Positions 6,868-17,181 are shown, counted from the stretch's first letter. The stretch is 24,000 bases of DNA from Candidatus Omnitrophota bacterium (GCA_018813905.1 JAHJAO010000113.1:1-24000); one strand, 5' to 3'. A program made the numbers and translations. Notes: generated by a model not told the origin, from the sequence alone.

Positions 6868-7992
6868 ATGTCTGAAAAAAATAAAATATCATTAAATCAC
6901 AGATTGTGTCAGATTTTTATTCTTATCTTTATCGGTTTGTCCATCAGCGGCTGCGCTACTTTGGGGCGGATTTCGCCTTCGGACAAGCAGGTATTGAAAC
7001 AGGCGATAAAGCTGGAAGGGACCAGCTATTTACCGTTATCTATAGTCTGCACGCAATATCGTTTATCCTGGGAGTGGGACGGATTTTCAAGCATTATCAG
7101 CGTAAAAAATTTTGAGTATAAGCTTAGATTGTACATAGATAATTCCTTAATATCTTATAACGGACAGATCTATGATTTAAAAAATCCGGTGCGGATTCAT
7201 AACGGGACGATTTTTGTGCCGTTTTCTTTTTCCCAGTTGTTTTATCGGCAGGTGAGCCCCGCAAAGAAAAAAGAAGACAAGTACGAAAAAGGGTTTACCT
7301 TTAAAAAGATTGTCATTGACCCCGGGCACGGGGGTAAAGACCCGGGCGCTATTGGTTGGGGCGAGGTTATGGAAAAGGACGTGGTTTTTGATATTAGCCG
7401 ACGACTCAAAGATATCCTGGCTAAACATGATATTGAAGCAATTTTAACGCGGCAACGCGATGTGTTTATTCCGCTTAAAGAGCGCGCGCAAGTAGCAAAC
7501 AAGGCAAAAGCAGATTTTTTTATCAGCATTCACGCTAATGCCGCGCAGGCGGCAAAGGCGACAGGTTTCGAAGCATATTATCTCTCAGCAACTCATGATG
7601 ATTTGGCGAAGGCCGTACAGATAAGAGAAAATGCGAGCGTGCAATTTGAAGAGAATAATGACTACAAACATTCTAACGATCTAAACGCCACTTTATGGGA
7701 TATGATTTTTACCGAGAACAGAATTGAGTCCATAGAAATGGCCTATGTTGTTGCGGATGAGTTAAAAAGGATTTTAAAGCTTAAAACCCGCTATATAAAG
7801 GGTGCGATGTTTTATGTGTTAAAAGACGCCCATGTACCGGCAGTTCTGCTCGAGGTCGGGTATTTAACCAACCGCACGGAATGCTCTCGTCTGGCGAATG
7901 CCTATTATCGGCAGATGTTAGCGGAGACAATTGCTGCGGGTGTTTTGGCTTATAAGAAACGCTTTGAACGGACAAACGGTTTTCGGAGATAA
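6868..7992 (+). CDS. N-acetylmuramoyl-L-alanine amidase (Amidase_3 family), a lipoprotein with an N-terminal beta-rich domain.
   Basis: Lipobox LSISGC. IDPGHGGKDPGAIG and SIHANA motifs, and a C-terminal LLEVGYLTN motif. Confidence 0.85.
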   Translation: MSEKNKISLNHRLCQIFILIFIGLSISGCATLGRISPSDKQVLKQAIKLEGTSYLPLSIVCTQYRLSWEWDGFSSIISVKNFEYKLRLYIDNSLISYNGQIYDLKNPVRIHNGTIFVPFSFSQLFYRQVSPAKKKEDKYEKGFTFKKIVIDPGHGGKDPGAIGWGEVMEKDVVFDISRRLKDILAKHDIEAILTRQRDVFIPLKERAQVANKAKADFFISIHANAAQAAKATGFEAYYLSATHDDLAKAVQIRENASVQFEENNDYKHSNDLNATLWDMIFTENRIESIEMAYVVADELKRILKLKTRYIKGAMFYVLKDAHVPAVLLEVGYLTNRTECSRLANAYYRQMLAETIAAGVLAYKKRFERTNGFRR

Positions 7993-7993
7993 A

Positions 7994-8803
7994 ATGAGCG
8001 ATCCAAGACCAATCGGCATTTTTGATTCAGGGTTGGGCGGGCTTACCGTTTTAAAGGAAATACGACATATACTTCCGCAGGAACAAATAATCTATTTTGG
8101 AGATACCGCCCGTGTGCCTTACGGGCCTAAATCCAGGGAAACTGTTCTAAAATTTTCTATAGAGAATATACTTTTCCTGTTAAAGCATAAGGTGAAACTG
8201 ATTGTTGTCGCCTGTAATACTTCCTCCAGTGTCGCCTTGAACCGCGTAGAGAACAGTTTTAGAGTGCCGATTATCGGAGTAATAAAACCCGGCGCAGAGC
8301 AAGCGCTAAATCTGACCAGAAATGGCCGTATCGGGATTATCGGCACAAGGACAACCATCAGAAGCAGAGCTTATGAGAAGCAGATAAAACAAAAAAAGCA
8401 AAACATGAAAATTTATAGCGTAGCGTGTCCTTTATTTGTCCCTTTAGTCGAGGAGGGGTGGACCGGGAACCGCATAACCCGAGAAATAGCGAGAATGTAT
8501 CTTGCCCCGTTTAAAAAATACCGTATTGATACGCTTGTTCTTGGCTGCACGCATTATCCCCTGCTCAAAAACGCAATAAAAGAAGTGTTAGGAACGCGGG
8601 TGCGGCTTGTGGATTCGGCGAAGCAGGTAGCTAAGCAGGTAAGCTGTATTCTCAAAGATAAGCAGATGCTTGCTCTAGGCAATAGAACAAAGAGGCCAAA
8701 AATTCATTTCTTTGTCAGTGACGAGCCGGCAAGCTTCGCCAAGCTTGGCAAAAAATTTTTAGGAATTCCCTTAAAAAACGTTAAGGTGGTGCCCAATGTT
8801 TGA
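7994..8803 (+). CDS. murI: Glutamate racemase.
   Basis: IGIFDSGLGGLTV, VVACNTSS and LGCTHYP (the two catalytic Cys motifs). I chose the ATG at 7994 (GGAGA SD at 7985..7989) over the track start at 7931, which overlaps the amidase. Confidence 0.9.
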   Translation: MSDPRPIGIFDSGLGGLTVLKEIRHILPQEQIIYFGDTARVPYGPKSRETVLKFSIENILFLLKHKVKLIVVACNTSSSVALNRVENSFRVPIIGVIKPGAEQALNLTRNGRIGIIGTRTTIRSRAYEKQIKQKKQNMKIYSVACPLFVPLVEEGWTGNRITREIARMYLAPFKKYRIDTLVLGCTHYPLLKNAIKEVLGTRVRLVDSAKQVAKQVSCILKDKQMLALGNRTKRPKIHFFVSDEPASFAKLGKKFLGIPLKNVKVVPNV

Positions 8804-9164
8804 GATAAGCGTAAAAATGGATTTTAGTGCCGCGCATAACCTGCGCAAATATCGCGGTAAATGCGAAAAATTGCATGGACACAACTGGCAGGTGGAAGCC
8901 GTATTCGCCGCCGAAGAGTTGGATAAAATCGGCATGGTTATGGATTTTAAAGCGGTAAGAAAAATTTTGGGTGAAGTTATAATGTATTTTGATCATTGTT
9001 ATATAAATAAAACTGCGTATTTTAAAAAAGTCAACCCAACTTCCGAGAACATTGCCAGATTTATTTACGAAAGATTAAAACAGGAATTAAAAAAACAAAA
9101 AGTTAAGATTAAAAAGGTAAATATCTGGGAGACGCCATGCAGCCGCGCTGCTTTTTACGAATAG
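8796..9164 (+). CDS. queD: 6-carboxy-5,6,7,8-tetrahydropterin synthase.
   Basis: KCEKLHGHNW motif, length 122 aa. Overlaps the murI stop by 8 nt. Confidence 0.85.
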   Translation: MFEISVKMDFSAAHNLRKYRGKCEKLHGHNWQVEAVFAAEELDKIGMVMDFKAVRKILGEVIMYFDHCYINKTAYFKKVNPTSENIARFIYERLKQELKKQKVKIKKVNIWETPCSRAAFYE

Positions 9165-9169
9165 AATAG

Positions 9170-9877
9170 ATGCTTATGACCGCTCTGGGCATGATTTCAC
9201 ATACAAAAGTTGATTTGAAGACGAAAAAAGCTGTCGTTCTGCTCTCGGGAGGATTAGATTCGGCAGTGACTTTATATCTTGCCAAAAGCAAAGGTTATGA
9301 GGTATTTTGCCTGACTTTTAATTACGGGCAGCGGCATAAAAGAGAGATTCTCGCCGCCAAAAGAATCGCCAAAGCAAGTAAAAGCCGATGGCAGCTGGTT
9401 AGGTTTGAACTGCCCTGGAAAGGCTCATCCCTTTTAGATTGCGCGATGGAGGTACCGGTAAACAGAAAGTTAAAAACAGGAATACCGTCGACATATGTGC
9501 CGGCAAGGAATATAATTTTTTTGAGTTTGGCCGCTTCTTTTGCGCAAGTAATCGGGGCCAAGGTGCTTTTTATCGGCGCAAACGAGATTGATTTTTCCGG
9601 CTATCCGGACTGCCGCAATCGATTTTTAAAAGCGTTTGAACATAGTTTGAGGGAAGGAACCAAAGCCGGCATTGAAGGAAAAAGCTTAACTGTATCCGCG
9701 CCGCTTATAAGGAAGACTAAAACACAGATAATAAAGTTAGCGGTAAAATTGAACGTGCCGCTTGAATATACCTGGTCCTGCTACAAAGGATTGAGGCGGC
9801 CGTGCGGGGAATGTGACAGCTGCCGTATCCGGCAACAGGGGTTTGAAAAAGCTAAATTAAAGGACCCGGCGGTATGA
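9170..9877 (+). CDS. queC: 7-cyano-7-deazaguanine synthase.
   Basis: PP-loop VVLLSGGLDS and the C-terminal Zn cluster CYKGLRRPCGECDSCRIR. The start is uncertain (ATG at 9170, 9176 or 9191). Confidence 0.9.
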   Translation: MLMTALGMISHTKVDLKTKKAVVLLSGGLDSAVTLYLAKSKGYEVFCLTFNYGQRHKREILAAKRIAKASKSRWQLVRFELPWKGSSLLDCAMEVPVNRKLKTGIPSTYVPARNIIFLSLAASFAQVIGAKVLFIGANEIDFSGYPDCRNRFLKAFEHSLREGTKAGIEGKSLTVSAPLIRKTKTQIIKLAVKLNVPLEYTWSCYKGLRRPCGECDSCRIRQQGFEKAKLKDPAV

Positions 9878-10554
9878 GCAAGGCAAAAATTGCGGAGGTA
9901 TTTTTTAGCCTGCAAGGGGAAGGTCCGTATCTGGGCATGCCGCAGATTTTTATACGTTTTTTCGGCTGCAATTTAAAATGCGTTTTTTGCGATACAAAAC
10001 AATCTGGTTATAGTGAATATGATGTATCTGGCCTTAAGGAAAAGGTAGAAGCGTTAACGCGCAAATACAATACGCAGAGTTTGAGTTTGACCGGAGGGGA
10101 GCCGCTATTGCAGGGCGATTTTATTTTAGATTTTTTAAAAAAAATAAAACGCAATGACCATAAGATATATCTTGAAACAAACGGCGTTTTATTCCGGAAT
10201 TTAAAAAAAATACGGAAGTTTGTCGATGTTATCGCCATGGATATAAAGTTGCCCAGTGCGTCAGGGAACGCAGCTCTATGGGGCGAACATCGCAAGTTTT
10301 TAGAGTTATGCCGGGGCAAAGACTGTTTTGTAAAGTGCGTTGTAACTTTGGATACAAAAGCGGCGGACGTAAAGAAAGCTGCTATTTTGACAAAAAAGTT
10401 TAGTAAAAATACGATGTTTGTGTTGCAACCGAACTATAGTCAAATAGGCAAAAAACTGACGGATAGATGTTTTGCCCTGCGGGATTTGGCCTGTAAATAT
10501 TTGAAGGATGTGCGTGTTTTGCCTCAGGTTCATAAAATTTTAGGGGTACGCTGA
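9874..10554 (+). CDS. queE: 7-carboxy-7-deazaguanine synthase (radical SAM).
   Basis: FSLQGEGPYLGMPQIFIRFFGCNLKCVFCDT (CX3CX2C). ATGA overlap with the queC stop. Confidence 0.85.
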   Translation: MSKAKIAEVFFSLQGEGPYLGMPQIFIRFFGCNLKCVFCDTKQSGYSEYDVSGLKEKVEALTRKYNTQSLSLTGGEPLLQGDFILDFLKKIKRNDHKIYLETNGVLFRNLKKIRKFVDVIAMDIKLPSASGNAALWGEHRKFLELCRGKDCFVKCVVTLDTKAADVKKAAILTKKFSKNTMFVLQPNYSQIGKKLTDRCFALRDLACKYLKDVRVLPQVHKILGVR

Positions 10555-10964
10555 TGAAGCAAAAAAGACAGATAAAAAATAAGAATTACGAAAATCGCCA
10601 GGAAAACGTACGCAAACTAAAACTGCCGAAAATTGATGTCTGGAGAAATAAATACGCCGACCGCGACTACTGGATAGACTTGAATGTGCCGGAATTTACC
10701 TGTGTATGCCCAAAGACGGGATTGCCTGATTTCGCCTTACTTAAAATAAAATACCGCCCCGACTTTTATTGCGTGGAATTGAAATCGTTTAAATATTATA
10801 TAAATTCATATCGCAATATCGGAATTTTTCACGAGCATGTCGTAAATAAAGTGCTTGACGATTTTGTAAAAGCCTGTAAACCGCGCGAGGCTCTTATTAG
10901 CGGTATTTTTAATTCTCGAGGCGGAATAGAGACAACGGTAAGCTCTGGATATATAAAGAAATGA
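10554..10964 (+). CDS. queF: NADPH-dependent 7-cyano-7-deazaguanine reductase (type I).
   Basis: CPKTGLPDF catalytic Cys motif and the ELKSFKYY QueF motif. TGATG overlap with queE. Confidence 0.85.
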   Translation: MKQKRQIKNKNYENRQENVRKLKLPKIDVWRNKYADRDYWIDLNVPEFTCVCPKTGLPDFALLKIKYRPDFYCVELKSFKYYINSYRNIGIFHEHVVNKVLDDFVKACKPREALISGIFNSRGGIETTVSSGYIKK

Positions 10965-11800
10965 GAATTATAGGACATAAAATTTTAAAAAGGGCGGTTT
11001 ATGCGCTGGTAACGCGCGCAAATACCGAATTGCGTAGTGATGTCCTGCGTGCTCTAAAACAAGCGCAAAGTAGAGAAAAAAGTGCGTTGGCAAAAAGCGC
11101 GTTGAAGGCGATCCTTGAAAACGCGGCTGTTGCGAAGAAAGAAAAACTGGCTATTTGTCAGGATACGGGATTGCCGGTAGTATTTTTGGAATTGGGACAA
11201 AAAGTATTTGTAAAGGGGGATATAATTGATATCATCGGCCGGGCAATAGAAGAAGGATACAAAAAATCGTATTTTCGTGCTTCCATACAGAAAGACGCGC
11301 TTTCAAGATCGCATCGGCCTTCGTACGGGCCGGTGATTGTGCATACAGATATAGTTCGAGGCAATAAGATAAAAATTACTTTACTGCCGAAAGGCTTTGG
11401 ATGCGAAAATAAAGCGCAGGTGAAAATGTTTGCTCCGACAGCGGCAGTAGCGGAGATCGAAGATTTTGTGGTGGCTGCCGTAAAACAAGCCGGAGCGAGC
11501 GCCTGCCCGCCTTATGTGGTCGGAGTGGGTATCGGGGGGACACAGGACCTTGCGTGCTTACTCGCGAAAAGAGCGCTTCTTTTGCCGATCGATAAAAGGA
11601 ACAAAAGTAAAAATATCGCTATATTGGAACAGAGGTTAAATAAAAGAATAAATACTTTGGGAATCGGCCCGTTCGGGTACGGAGGCAAAACTACGTCTTT
11701 AGCCGTGAAGATTAAAACCTACCCGACGCATATCGCGGGATTGCCGGTGGCCGTGAATATAAGCTGTCATGCCCTGCGCAGCGCAGCTATTTTTATATAG
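10961..11800 (+). CDS. Class I (Fe-S) fumarate hydratase / L(+)-tartrate dehydratase, alpha subunit.
   Basis: AICQDTGLPV motif, length 279 aa. ATGA overlap with the queF stop. Confidence 0.8.
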   Translation: MRIIGHKILKRAVYALVTRANTELRSDVLRALKQAQSREKSALAKSALKAILENAAVAKKEKLAICQDTGLPVVFLELGQKVFVKGDIIDIIGRAIEEGYKKSYFRASIQKDALSRSHRPSYGPVIVHTDIVRGNKIKITLLPKGFGCENKAQVKMFAPTAAVAEIEDFVVAAVKQAGASACPPYVVGVGIGGTQDLACLLAKRALLLPIDKRNKSKNIAILEQRLNKRINTLGIGPFGYGGKTTSLAVKIKTYPTHIAGLPVAVNISCHALRSAAIFI

Positions 11801-11845
11801 TAAAAAAAACGTAAAGACGAAGGAACTTAAAAGACGTATAAAATA

Positions 11846-12376
11846 ATGTATAAATTAAAAGCTCCTTTAACAAAAGATAAAATTGGAAAGCTGCGAACAG
11901 GCGAGGCGCTTGTATATGACGGTATTTTGTATACGGCCCGCGACCAAGCGCACAGGAGATTTGCGGAATTAATAAAAAAAAATAAGAAGTTGCCAATCGA
12001 TTTAAAAGGGCAGATAATTTATTATTGCGGCCCTAATCCGGCAGCTCCGGGAAAAATAATCGGCGCGTGCGGCCCGACGACTTCGCAGCGCATGGATAGA
12101 TTTGCGCCGGCCTTAATGAAAGCCGGAGTTTTGGGCATGGTTGGTAAAGGGGAGCGTTCACCGGATGTGGTTAGAGCGATAAAGAAATATCGAGCGGTAT
12201 ATTTTGCGACTTACGCCGGATGCGGGGCATTACTTTCCCGATATGTGAAGAATAAAAAAATTGTTTGTTTTGAAGATTTGGGCACGGAAGCGGTTTTTGC
12301 GCTCAATGTTTCCAATTTTCCTTTGCTCGTGGCCGTGGATTGCATGGGAGGTAGCATTTATGATGAGAGAAGGTAG
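11846..12376 (+). CDS. Class I (Fe-S) fumarate hydratase / L(+)-tartrate dehydratase, beta subunit.
   Basis: ARDQAHRR and [10 protein letters not shown] motifs, length 176 aa. Follows the alpha subunit. Confidence 0.8.
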   Translation: MYKLKAPLTKDKIGKLRTGEALVYDGILYTARDQAHRRFAELIKKNKKLPIDLKGQIIYYCGPNPAAPGKIIGACGPTTSQRMDRFAPALMKAGVLGMVGKGERSPDVVRAIKKYRAVYFATYAGCGALLSRYVKNKKIVCFEDLGTEAVFALNVSNFPLLVAVDCMGGSIYDERR

Positions 12377-13094
12377 GAGAAAACCGGACGCGATGCGCAA
12401 GATAAAGCTTGTGCGCAATGTCATGAAATACGCAGAGGGTTCTTGTATGATAGAGTTGGGTAATACCAAAGTTATCTGCACGGCATCGTGTGAAGATAAA
12501 GTTCCGCATTTTTTGCGCGACAAGAAAACCGGTTGGATTACCGCCGAATACGCAATGCTGCCGCGTTCTTGCCGCAGCCGGATAACTAGGGAATCAAGCA
12601 TTGGAAAAACAAGCGGTCGCACCCAGGAGATACAGCGTCTTATCGGCCGGTCGTTAAGAACTGTGGTGGATTTGGCTAAATTGGGAGAACGGACAATCTG
12701 GATAGATTGTGATGTTATCCAGGCCGACGGAGGCACGCGCACGGCGGCGATAACCGGAAGTTTTGTTGCTTTGGTTGAGGCATTGCATAAAATGCAAAAA
12801 GACGGTAAAATATCCTCTTTGCCGGTAGAAAAGTTTGTAGCCGCGACAAGCGTGGGTATTATTAAGGGTGCGGCAATACTTGATTTAAATTTTGAAGAGG
12901 ATTCAAATGCCGATGTGGATATGAACGTAATTATGACATCCTCAGGTCAATTTGTCGAAATTCAGGGTACAGCGGAGAAATATCCGTTTAGCCAAAAAGA
13001 ACTTCTGCATTTGCTTGAGCTGGCCCGGGTGGGGATAAAGAAGCTTATTAAATTACAAAAAGAAGCGTTAATGGATATCCCGTTAAAAATTTAG
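12360..13094 (+). CDS. rph: Ribonuclease PH.
   Basis: [41 protein letters not shown] and [14 protein letters not shown] chose the ATG at 12360 (GGAGG SD at about 12347) over the track start at 12261, which lies inside the fumarase beta gene. Confidence 0.9.
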   Translation: MMREGRRKPDAMRKIKLVRNVMKYAEGSCMIELGNTKVICTASCEDKVPHFLRDKKTGWITAEYAMLPRSCRSRITRESSIGKTSGRTQEIQRLIGRSLRTVVDLAKLGERTIWIDCDVIQADGGTRTAAITGSFVALVEALHKMQKDGKISSLPVEKFVAATSVGIIKGAAILDLNFEEDSNADVDMNVIMTSSGQFVEIQGTAEKYPFSQKELLHLLELARVGIKKLIKLQKEALMDIPLKI

Positions 13095-13107
13095 AGCATA
13101 AAAGAAT

Positions 13108-13716
13108 ATGGAAGTGGTTGTTTCTACGCGTAACCGGAATAAATTTAAAGAAATCAGCCGGATTTTAAAGAATAGCGATATTAAAACTTTGAGTTTGGAC
13201 AAATTTCCGCAAGCGCCGAAAGTAAAAGAAGATGCGTCTACTTTCGAAGGTAATGCCAGCAAAAAAGCGTTAAAGATAGCGCGTTTTACGGGCAGTTTGA
13301 CCGTAGCAGATGATTCCGGGCTGCTTGTGGATGCTTTAAGGGGTGAGCCGGGGATTTTCTCCGCCCGCTTTGCGGGGAAAGGCGCGACTTATGAAAAAAA
13401 CAACAAGAAACTTTTGCGGCTTCTTGCGGGCGTGCCGAAGAAAAAGAGGGGCGCAACTTTTATCTGTTGCGTGGCGGTTGCCGACAGTCGCGGCATTATC
13501 GGCATCGTAAAGGGCATCTGCCGGGGGTATATCAGTGAAAGCCCGGTTGGGGTATGCGGGTTTGGTTATGACCCGATATTTGTTATCCCAAAGCTAAAAA
13601 AGACGTTTGCCCAATTACCCCCCGCGTTGAAAAACAGGATAAGTCATCGGGCCAAAGCGTTTGCCAAAGCCAAAAAGGCGATTTTGAAATATATACAAAA
13701 GAATATAAAGGCGTGA
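13108..13716 (+). CDS. rdgB: Non-canonical purine NTP pyrophosphatase (dITP/XTP pyrophosphatase).
   Basis: STRNRNKFKE, ADDSGLLVDALRGEPGIFSARFAG, FGYDPIF and SHRAKA. Confidence 0.9.
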   Translation: MEVVVSTRNRNKFKEISRILKNSDIKTLSLDKFPQAPKVKEDASTFEGNASKKALKIARFTGSLTVADDSGLLVDALRGEPGIFSARFAGKGATYEKNNKKLLRLLAGVPKKKRGATFICCVAVADSRGIIGIVKGICRGYISESPVGVCGFGYDPIFVIPKLKKTFAQLPPALKNRISHRAKAFAKAKKAILKYIQKNIKA

Positions 13717-13720
13717 AAAA

Positions 13721-15508
13721 ATGAGATTATATTTTCGTTTGCTCAAGTTTATAAAACCCCACATTTGGATACTATTTTTGGCGATAATCTTTATGGTTTT
13801 GTCCGCTTTTTTTGACTGCGCCTCTTTAACTATGCTTGTTCCGATAAGCGACCGGGTGTTAGGGCAGCAGAAGATCGTTTTTGACCGGGAACTGCCGCTT
13901 ATTTTGACGCGGGTAATCGACAAGATTAACGCGACACCGCCTTTGACCATGCTGAATATCAGCGTGGTTTGTGTTTTGATAATTTTTGTTTTAAAAGGGG
14001 TATTCTTTTTTGACCGTAGTTATCTTTTGACAAAACTAAGCCAGCTGGTCATCTGCGATATAAGAAATGCGCTGTATAAGAAAATCCAGAATTTCTCGTT
14101 GGAATACTTCTCGCACAGCGTAACCGGACATTTGGTTTCACGCATAACTTACGATGTGGATATTTTACAGGGCGCTATATCCGTGAGTCTGACCGATTTG
14201 GTATACCAGTTTTTTATGATGGCTTTTCTATCCGCGGGGATTTTTTATATCAACTGGAAATGGGCTTTAATGTCACTTGTAATTTTTCCCCTTGTCGCTT
14301 ACCCGATTTATCATGTCGGCAGAGTAATCAGGAAGATTAGCACGCAGGCCCAGGAGAAGATGGGAGAGCTAAACCGTAAATTATTTGAAACCATTTCCGG
14401 GGTGCGGATTGTAAAGGCCTTCAATATGGAAAACGCGGAAATCGGAAAAGTAAAAGCGAATAACTTCGCTTTTTTCCGTATAATGCTCAAATTAAGAAAA
14501 AGAGCGCTGATATTAGGGCCGCTCACGGAATTTATCGGAGCTTGCGGCGGCGCCCTTGTTTTGTATTACGGCGGCAGGGAAGTTATTGCCCAGAGGATGT
14601 CGTTTGGGATGTTTATTTTGTTTTTAGGGGGACTGTTGTCTTTAGTTAGGCCATGTCGCCGGTTGAGCGAGATACATTCCATAAACCAACAAGGTTTGGC
14701 CGCGGCGAAAAGAATTTTTGATGTCCTGGATGCGCCCGTAAAAATAACGGAAAAAATAAAAGCCGTAGAACTCAAATCCATAAACAAAGAGATTATTTTT
14801 GACGATGTAAGTTTTGCCTATGATGACAAGCTGGTTTTAAAAAATATCAACATGAGGGTAAAAAAGGGAGAAGTCGTAGCTTTTGTCGGGCCCAGCGGCG
14901 CGGGAAAGACTACGCTTGTAAATCTTATTCCAAGATTTTATGACCCGACAAAGGGGCGGGTATCTATAGACGGCATTGACGTGAAAGATGCGACTTTTAA
15001 GTCGTTGCGCCGGCAGATTGGGGTGGTAACTCAAGATCTAATTTTATTTAACGATACAATCAGGAACAACATTATTTACGGACGCGAAGATGCTACGGAT
15101 GAAGAAATAATCAAATCGGCAAAGATTGCCGAAGCACTTGAATTTATAGAAGCTTTACCAAAAAAGTTTAATACCAATATCGGAGATATGGGGATGAAGC
15201 TATCCGGCGGGCAAAAGCAACGGTTAGCCATCGCCCGGGCCATAGTCAGCAATCCGCCGATTTTAATACTGGATGAAGCTACTTCTCATCTCGACGCCGA
15301 ATCCACGCGCTTGGTCCAGGAGGCTTTGGACCATGTTTTTATAAACCGTACGGTTTTTGTTATTGCGCACCGTTTAGCTACGGTTAAAAAAGTAGGCAGA
15401 ATTATTGTTTTGGATGACGGTAAAATTATTGGTGAAGGCACGCATGACGAGCTTTTGGTAAAAAGCAGCCTGTATAAAAAACTGTGTGAACTAGAGTTTT
15501 TTGCTTGA
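13721..15508 (+). CDS. ABC exporter with fused permease and ATPase (MsbA-like lipid/multidrug exporter).
   Basis: A six-TM-like N-terminal half, Walker A GPSGAGKTT, signature LSGGQKQR, Walker B ILILDEATS. Confidence 0.85.
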   Translation: MRLYFRLLKFIKPHIWILFLAIIFMVLSAFFDCASLTMLVPISDRVLGQQKIVFDRELPLILTRVIDKINATPPLTMLNISVVCVLIIFVLKGVFFFDRSYLLTKLSQLVICDIRNALYKKIQNFSLEYFSHSVTGHLVSRITYDVDILQGAISVSLTDLVYQFFMMAFLSAGIFYINWKWALMSLVIFPLVAYPIYHVGRVIRKISTQAQEKMGELNRKLFETISGVRIVKAFNMENAEIGKVKANNFAFFRIMLKLRKRALILGPLTEFIGACGGALVLYYGGREVIAQRMSFGMFILFLGGLLSLVRPCRRLSEIHSINQQGLAAAKRIFDVLDAPVKITEKIKAVELKSINKEIIFDDVSFAYDDKLVLKNINMRVKKGEVVAFVGPSGAGKTTLVNLIPRFYDPTKGRVSIDGIDVKDATFKSLRRQIGVVTQDLILFNDTIRNNIIYGREDATDEEIIKSAKIAEALEFIEALPKKFNTNIGDMGMKLSGGQKQRLAIARAIVSNPPILILDEATSHLDAESTRLVQEALDHVFINRTVFVIAHRLATVKKVGRIIVLDDGKIIGEGTHDELLVKSSLYKKLCELEFFA

Positions 15509-15585
15509 ACACGAGATGAGTTAGGCTTAATATAATAAGGAATCAAAAGATTGGTTTTGTATATTAGTTGGTATATAAAAAAAAC

Positions 15586-15613
15586 TTGAAAAAATAAAAA
15601 GATATGATATAGT
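15586..15613 (+). promoter_or_regulatory. Extended -10 promoter for the rpsB-tsf-pyrH-frr operon.
   Basis: TTGAAA, a 16-nt spacer, then TGaTATAGT. It shares the 12-mer AGATATGATATA with the smpB promoter. Confidence 0.5.
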
Positions 15614-15673
15614 ATTCAAACGATTTATCTTAATAAACGCTAACCTAGGTATAAATAAGAGGAGGATAATTCA

Positions 15674-16582
15674 GTGGTCTCAATAAAACAACTGCTAGAA
15701 GCCGGTGTCCATTTCGGGCACCAAACCCGTCGTTGGAATCCGAAAATGGGGCGTTATATTTTTGGAGAACGAAATGGTATTTATATTGTTAATCTGGAAA
15801 AAACAGAATCCGAGCTCAAAAAGGCATGCGAGTTTTTAAGCGGGCTGGTATCCAGAGGCGAATACGTGTTATTTGTGGGCACGAAAAAGCAGGCGCAACA
15901 GGCTATTGTCGAGGAAGCCAACCGGTGCGGGATGTTTTATGTTGACCAGCGCTGGCTAGGAGGAACGCTGACCAATTTTGAGACTATTAGAAAGAGTGTT
16001 CATCGCCTCGAAACAATCGAACAGATGAGGAGCGACGGCACGTTCGAAAAATTAAAAAAGAAAGAAGTTGCCGTACTAAATAAAGAAATGTCAAAATTAC
16101 TCAAAAACTTAGGCGGTATCCGAAATATGGATAAACTGCCCGGGGCCTTGTTTGTGGTTGACGTCAAGAAGGAGGAGACAGCGGTGAAAGAGGCGAGGCG
16201 GTTGGATATTCCGGTGGTTGCGTTGGTGGACACGAATTCCGATCCCGACATGATTGATTTTGTAATCCCCGGTAATGACGATGCGATAAAGTCCATCCGG
16301 GTTGTATGCCAGGCAGTAGCGGAAGCAGTAGCGGAAGCGGTAGCGGAAGAAAAGAAAAAATTTGAGCAGAGCGCGCCAAAAACAAAAAAGAAGAAAGAAG
16401 AAAAAGCTTTATCCGAAACGGTCCCGATGGATGATGCTGTGGAAGCAATAGTAGAAGAGATTGTGGAAATAAAAGTAGAAAAAGAAGAGGCTAGCCGCGG
16501 CAAGAAAATATCGCCGAAGGTGAAGAAAGCGAGCGACGAAGAGCTAAAAAGAAGAAGTGTTAAAATAAAACGGAAGGCATAA
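15674..16582 (+). CDS. rpsB: 30S ribosomal protein S2 with a ~75-aa Lys/Glu-rich C-terminal extension.
   Basis: [22 protein letters not shown] start, with a GGAGG SD 8 nt upstream. Confidence 0.95.
   Translation: MVSIKQLLEAGVHFGHQTRRWNPKMGRYIFGERNGIYIVNLEKTESELKKACEFLSGLVSRGEYVLFVGTKKQAQQAIVEEANRCGMFYVDQRWLGGTLTNFETIRKSVHRLETIEQMRSDGTFEKLKKKEVAVLNKEMSKLLKNLGGIRNMDKLPGALFVVDVKKEETAVKEARRLDIPVVALVDTNSDPDMIDFVIPGNDDAIKSIRVVCQAVAEAVAEAVAEEKKKFEQSAPKTKKKKEEKALSETVPMDDAVEAIVEEIVEIKVEKEEASRGKKISPKVKKASDEELKRRSVKIKRKA
16313..16348 (+). repeat. 12-nt tandem repeat x3 inside rpsB, encoding (AVAE)3.
   Basis: GCAGTAGCGGAA GCAGTAGCGGAA GCGGTAGCGGAA. Confidence 0.9.
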
Positions 16583-16585
16583 ATT

Positions 16586-17179
16586 ATGACAGTTCAAATT
16601 GATAAGGTGAAGTTATTAAGAGAAAAGACAAGTGCGGGATTTATCGACTGTAAAAACGCCTTGATAAAGACGAACGGCGATATAGAAAAAGCTGTGGAAG
16701 AATTGAGAAAAAAAGGTTTAGCCGTTGCCGCCAAGCGTTCAGGCAAAGTCGCCAAGGAAGGATGTGTCGCGTCCTATATTCATTTGGGCGGAAAAATTGG
16801 TGTGCTTTTGGAAGTAAACTGCGAGACGGATTTTGTCGCCAAAAATGAACAGTTCCAGCAGTTTGTAAAGGATGTGGCGATGCAGGTGGCGGCCAGCAAT
16901 CCGCAATATCTTAAAATTGAAGATGTTCCGGAAGAAGTAAAAAACAAAGAAAAAGAGATTCTTGCGGCGCAGTCTCCAGATAAGCCGCCGCAGATATTGG
17001 AAAAGATGCTTTCTGGCAAGCTGAACAAGTTTTATCAGGAAGTATGTTTGCTGGAGCAGCCGTTTATTAAAGACGATAAGATTAAGATCAAAGATTATCT
17101 GAATTCGATAATCGGAAAAATCGGCGAGAACATAATGATTAGAAGATTTACCCGTTATCAGCTGGGAGAGGAGATATAA
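16586..17179 (+). CDS. tsf: Elongation factor Ts (short, 197-aa form).
   Basis: [37 protein letters not shown], and conserved synteny after rpsB. Confidence 0.95.
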   Translation: MTVQIDKVKLLREKTSAGFIDCKNALIKTNGDIEKAVEELRKKGLAVAAKRSGKVAKEGCVASYIHLGGKIGVLLEVNCETDFVAKNEQFQQFVKDVAMQVAASNPQYLKIEDVPEEVKNKEKEILAAQSPDKPPQILEKMLSGKLNKFYQEVCLLEQPFIKDDKIKIKDYLNSIIGKIGENIMIRRFTRYQLGEEI

Positions 17180-17181
17180 TC

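Noticed and set aside
7931-7993. The upstream extension of murI suggested by the track.
   Set aside because: It overlaps the 3' end of the amidase gene by 62 nt and adds a non-conserved peptide. The ATG at 7994 has a GGAGA SD and gives the canonical MSDPRPIGIFDSGLGG N-terminus.
8760-8800. A preQ1 riboswitch upstream of the que genes.
   Set aside because: The queD start overlaps the murI stop, so there is no leader. No preQ1-type hairpin with an A-rich tail was seen.
12261-12359. The upstream extension of rph suggested by the track.
   Set aside because: It lies inside the fumarase beta gene. The ATG at 12360 follows a GGAGG SD and yields a typical RNase PH of about 244 aa.
12230-12742. A 170-aa minus-strand ORF. 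Other antisense or overlapping track ORFs fall in the same class (e.g. 585..791, 7242..7529, 10008..10319, 16000..16503, 16164..16448, 20429..20797, 21623..21865, 22781..23038 and the + strand shadows 4726..4941, 6906..7115, 22039..22278).
   Set aside because: All lie entirely within confidently identified + strand genes, have low-complexity or odd composition, and carry no recognisable motifs. They are shadow ORFs.
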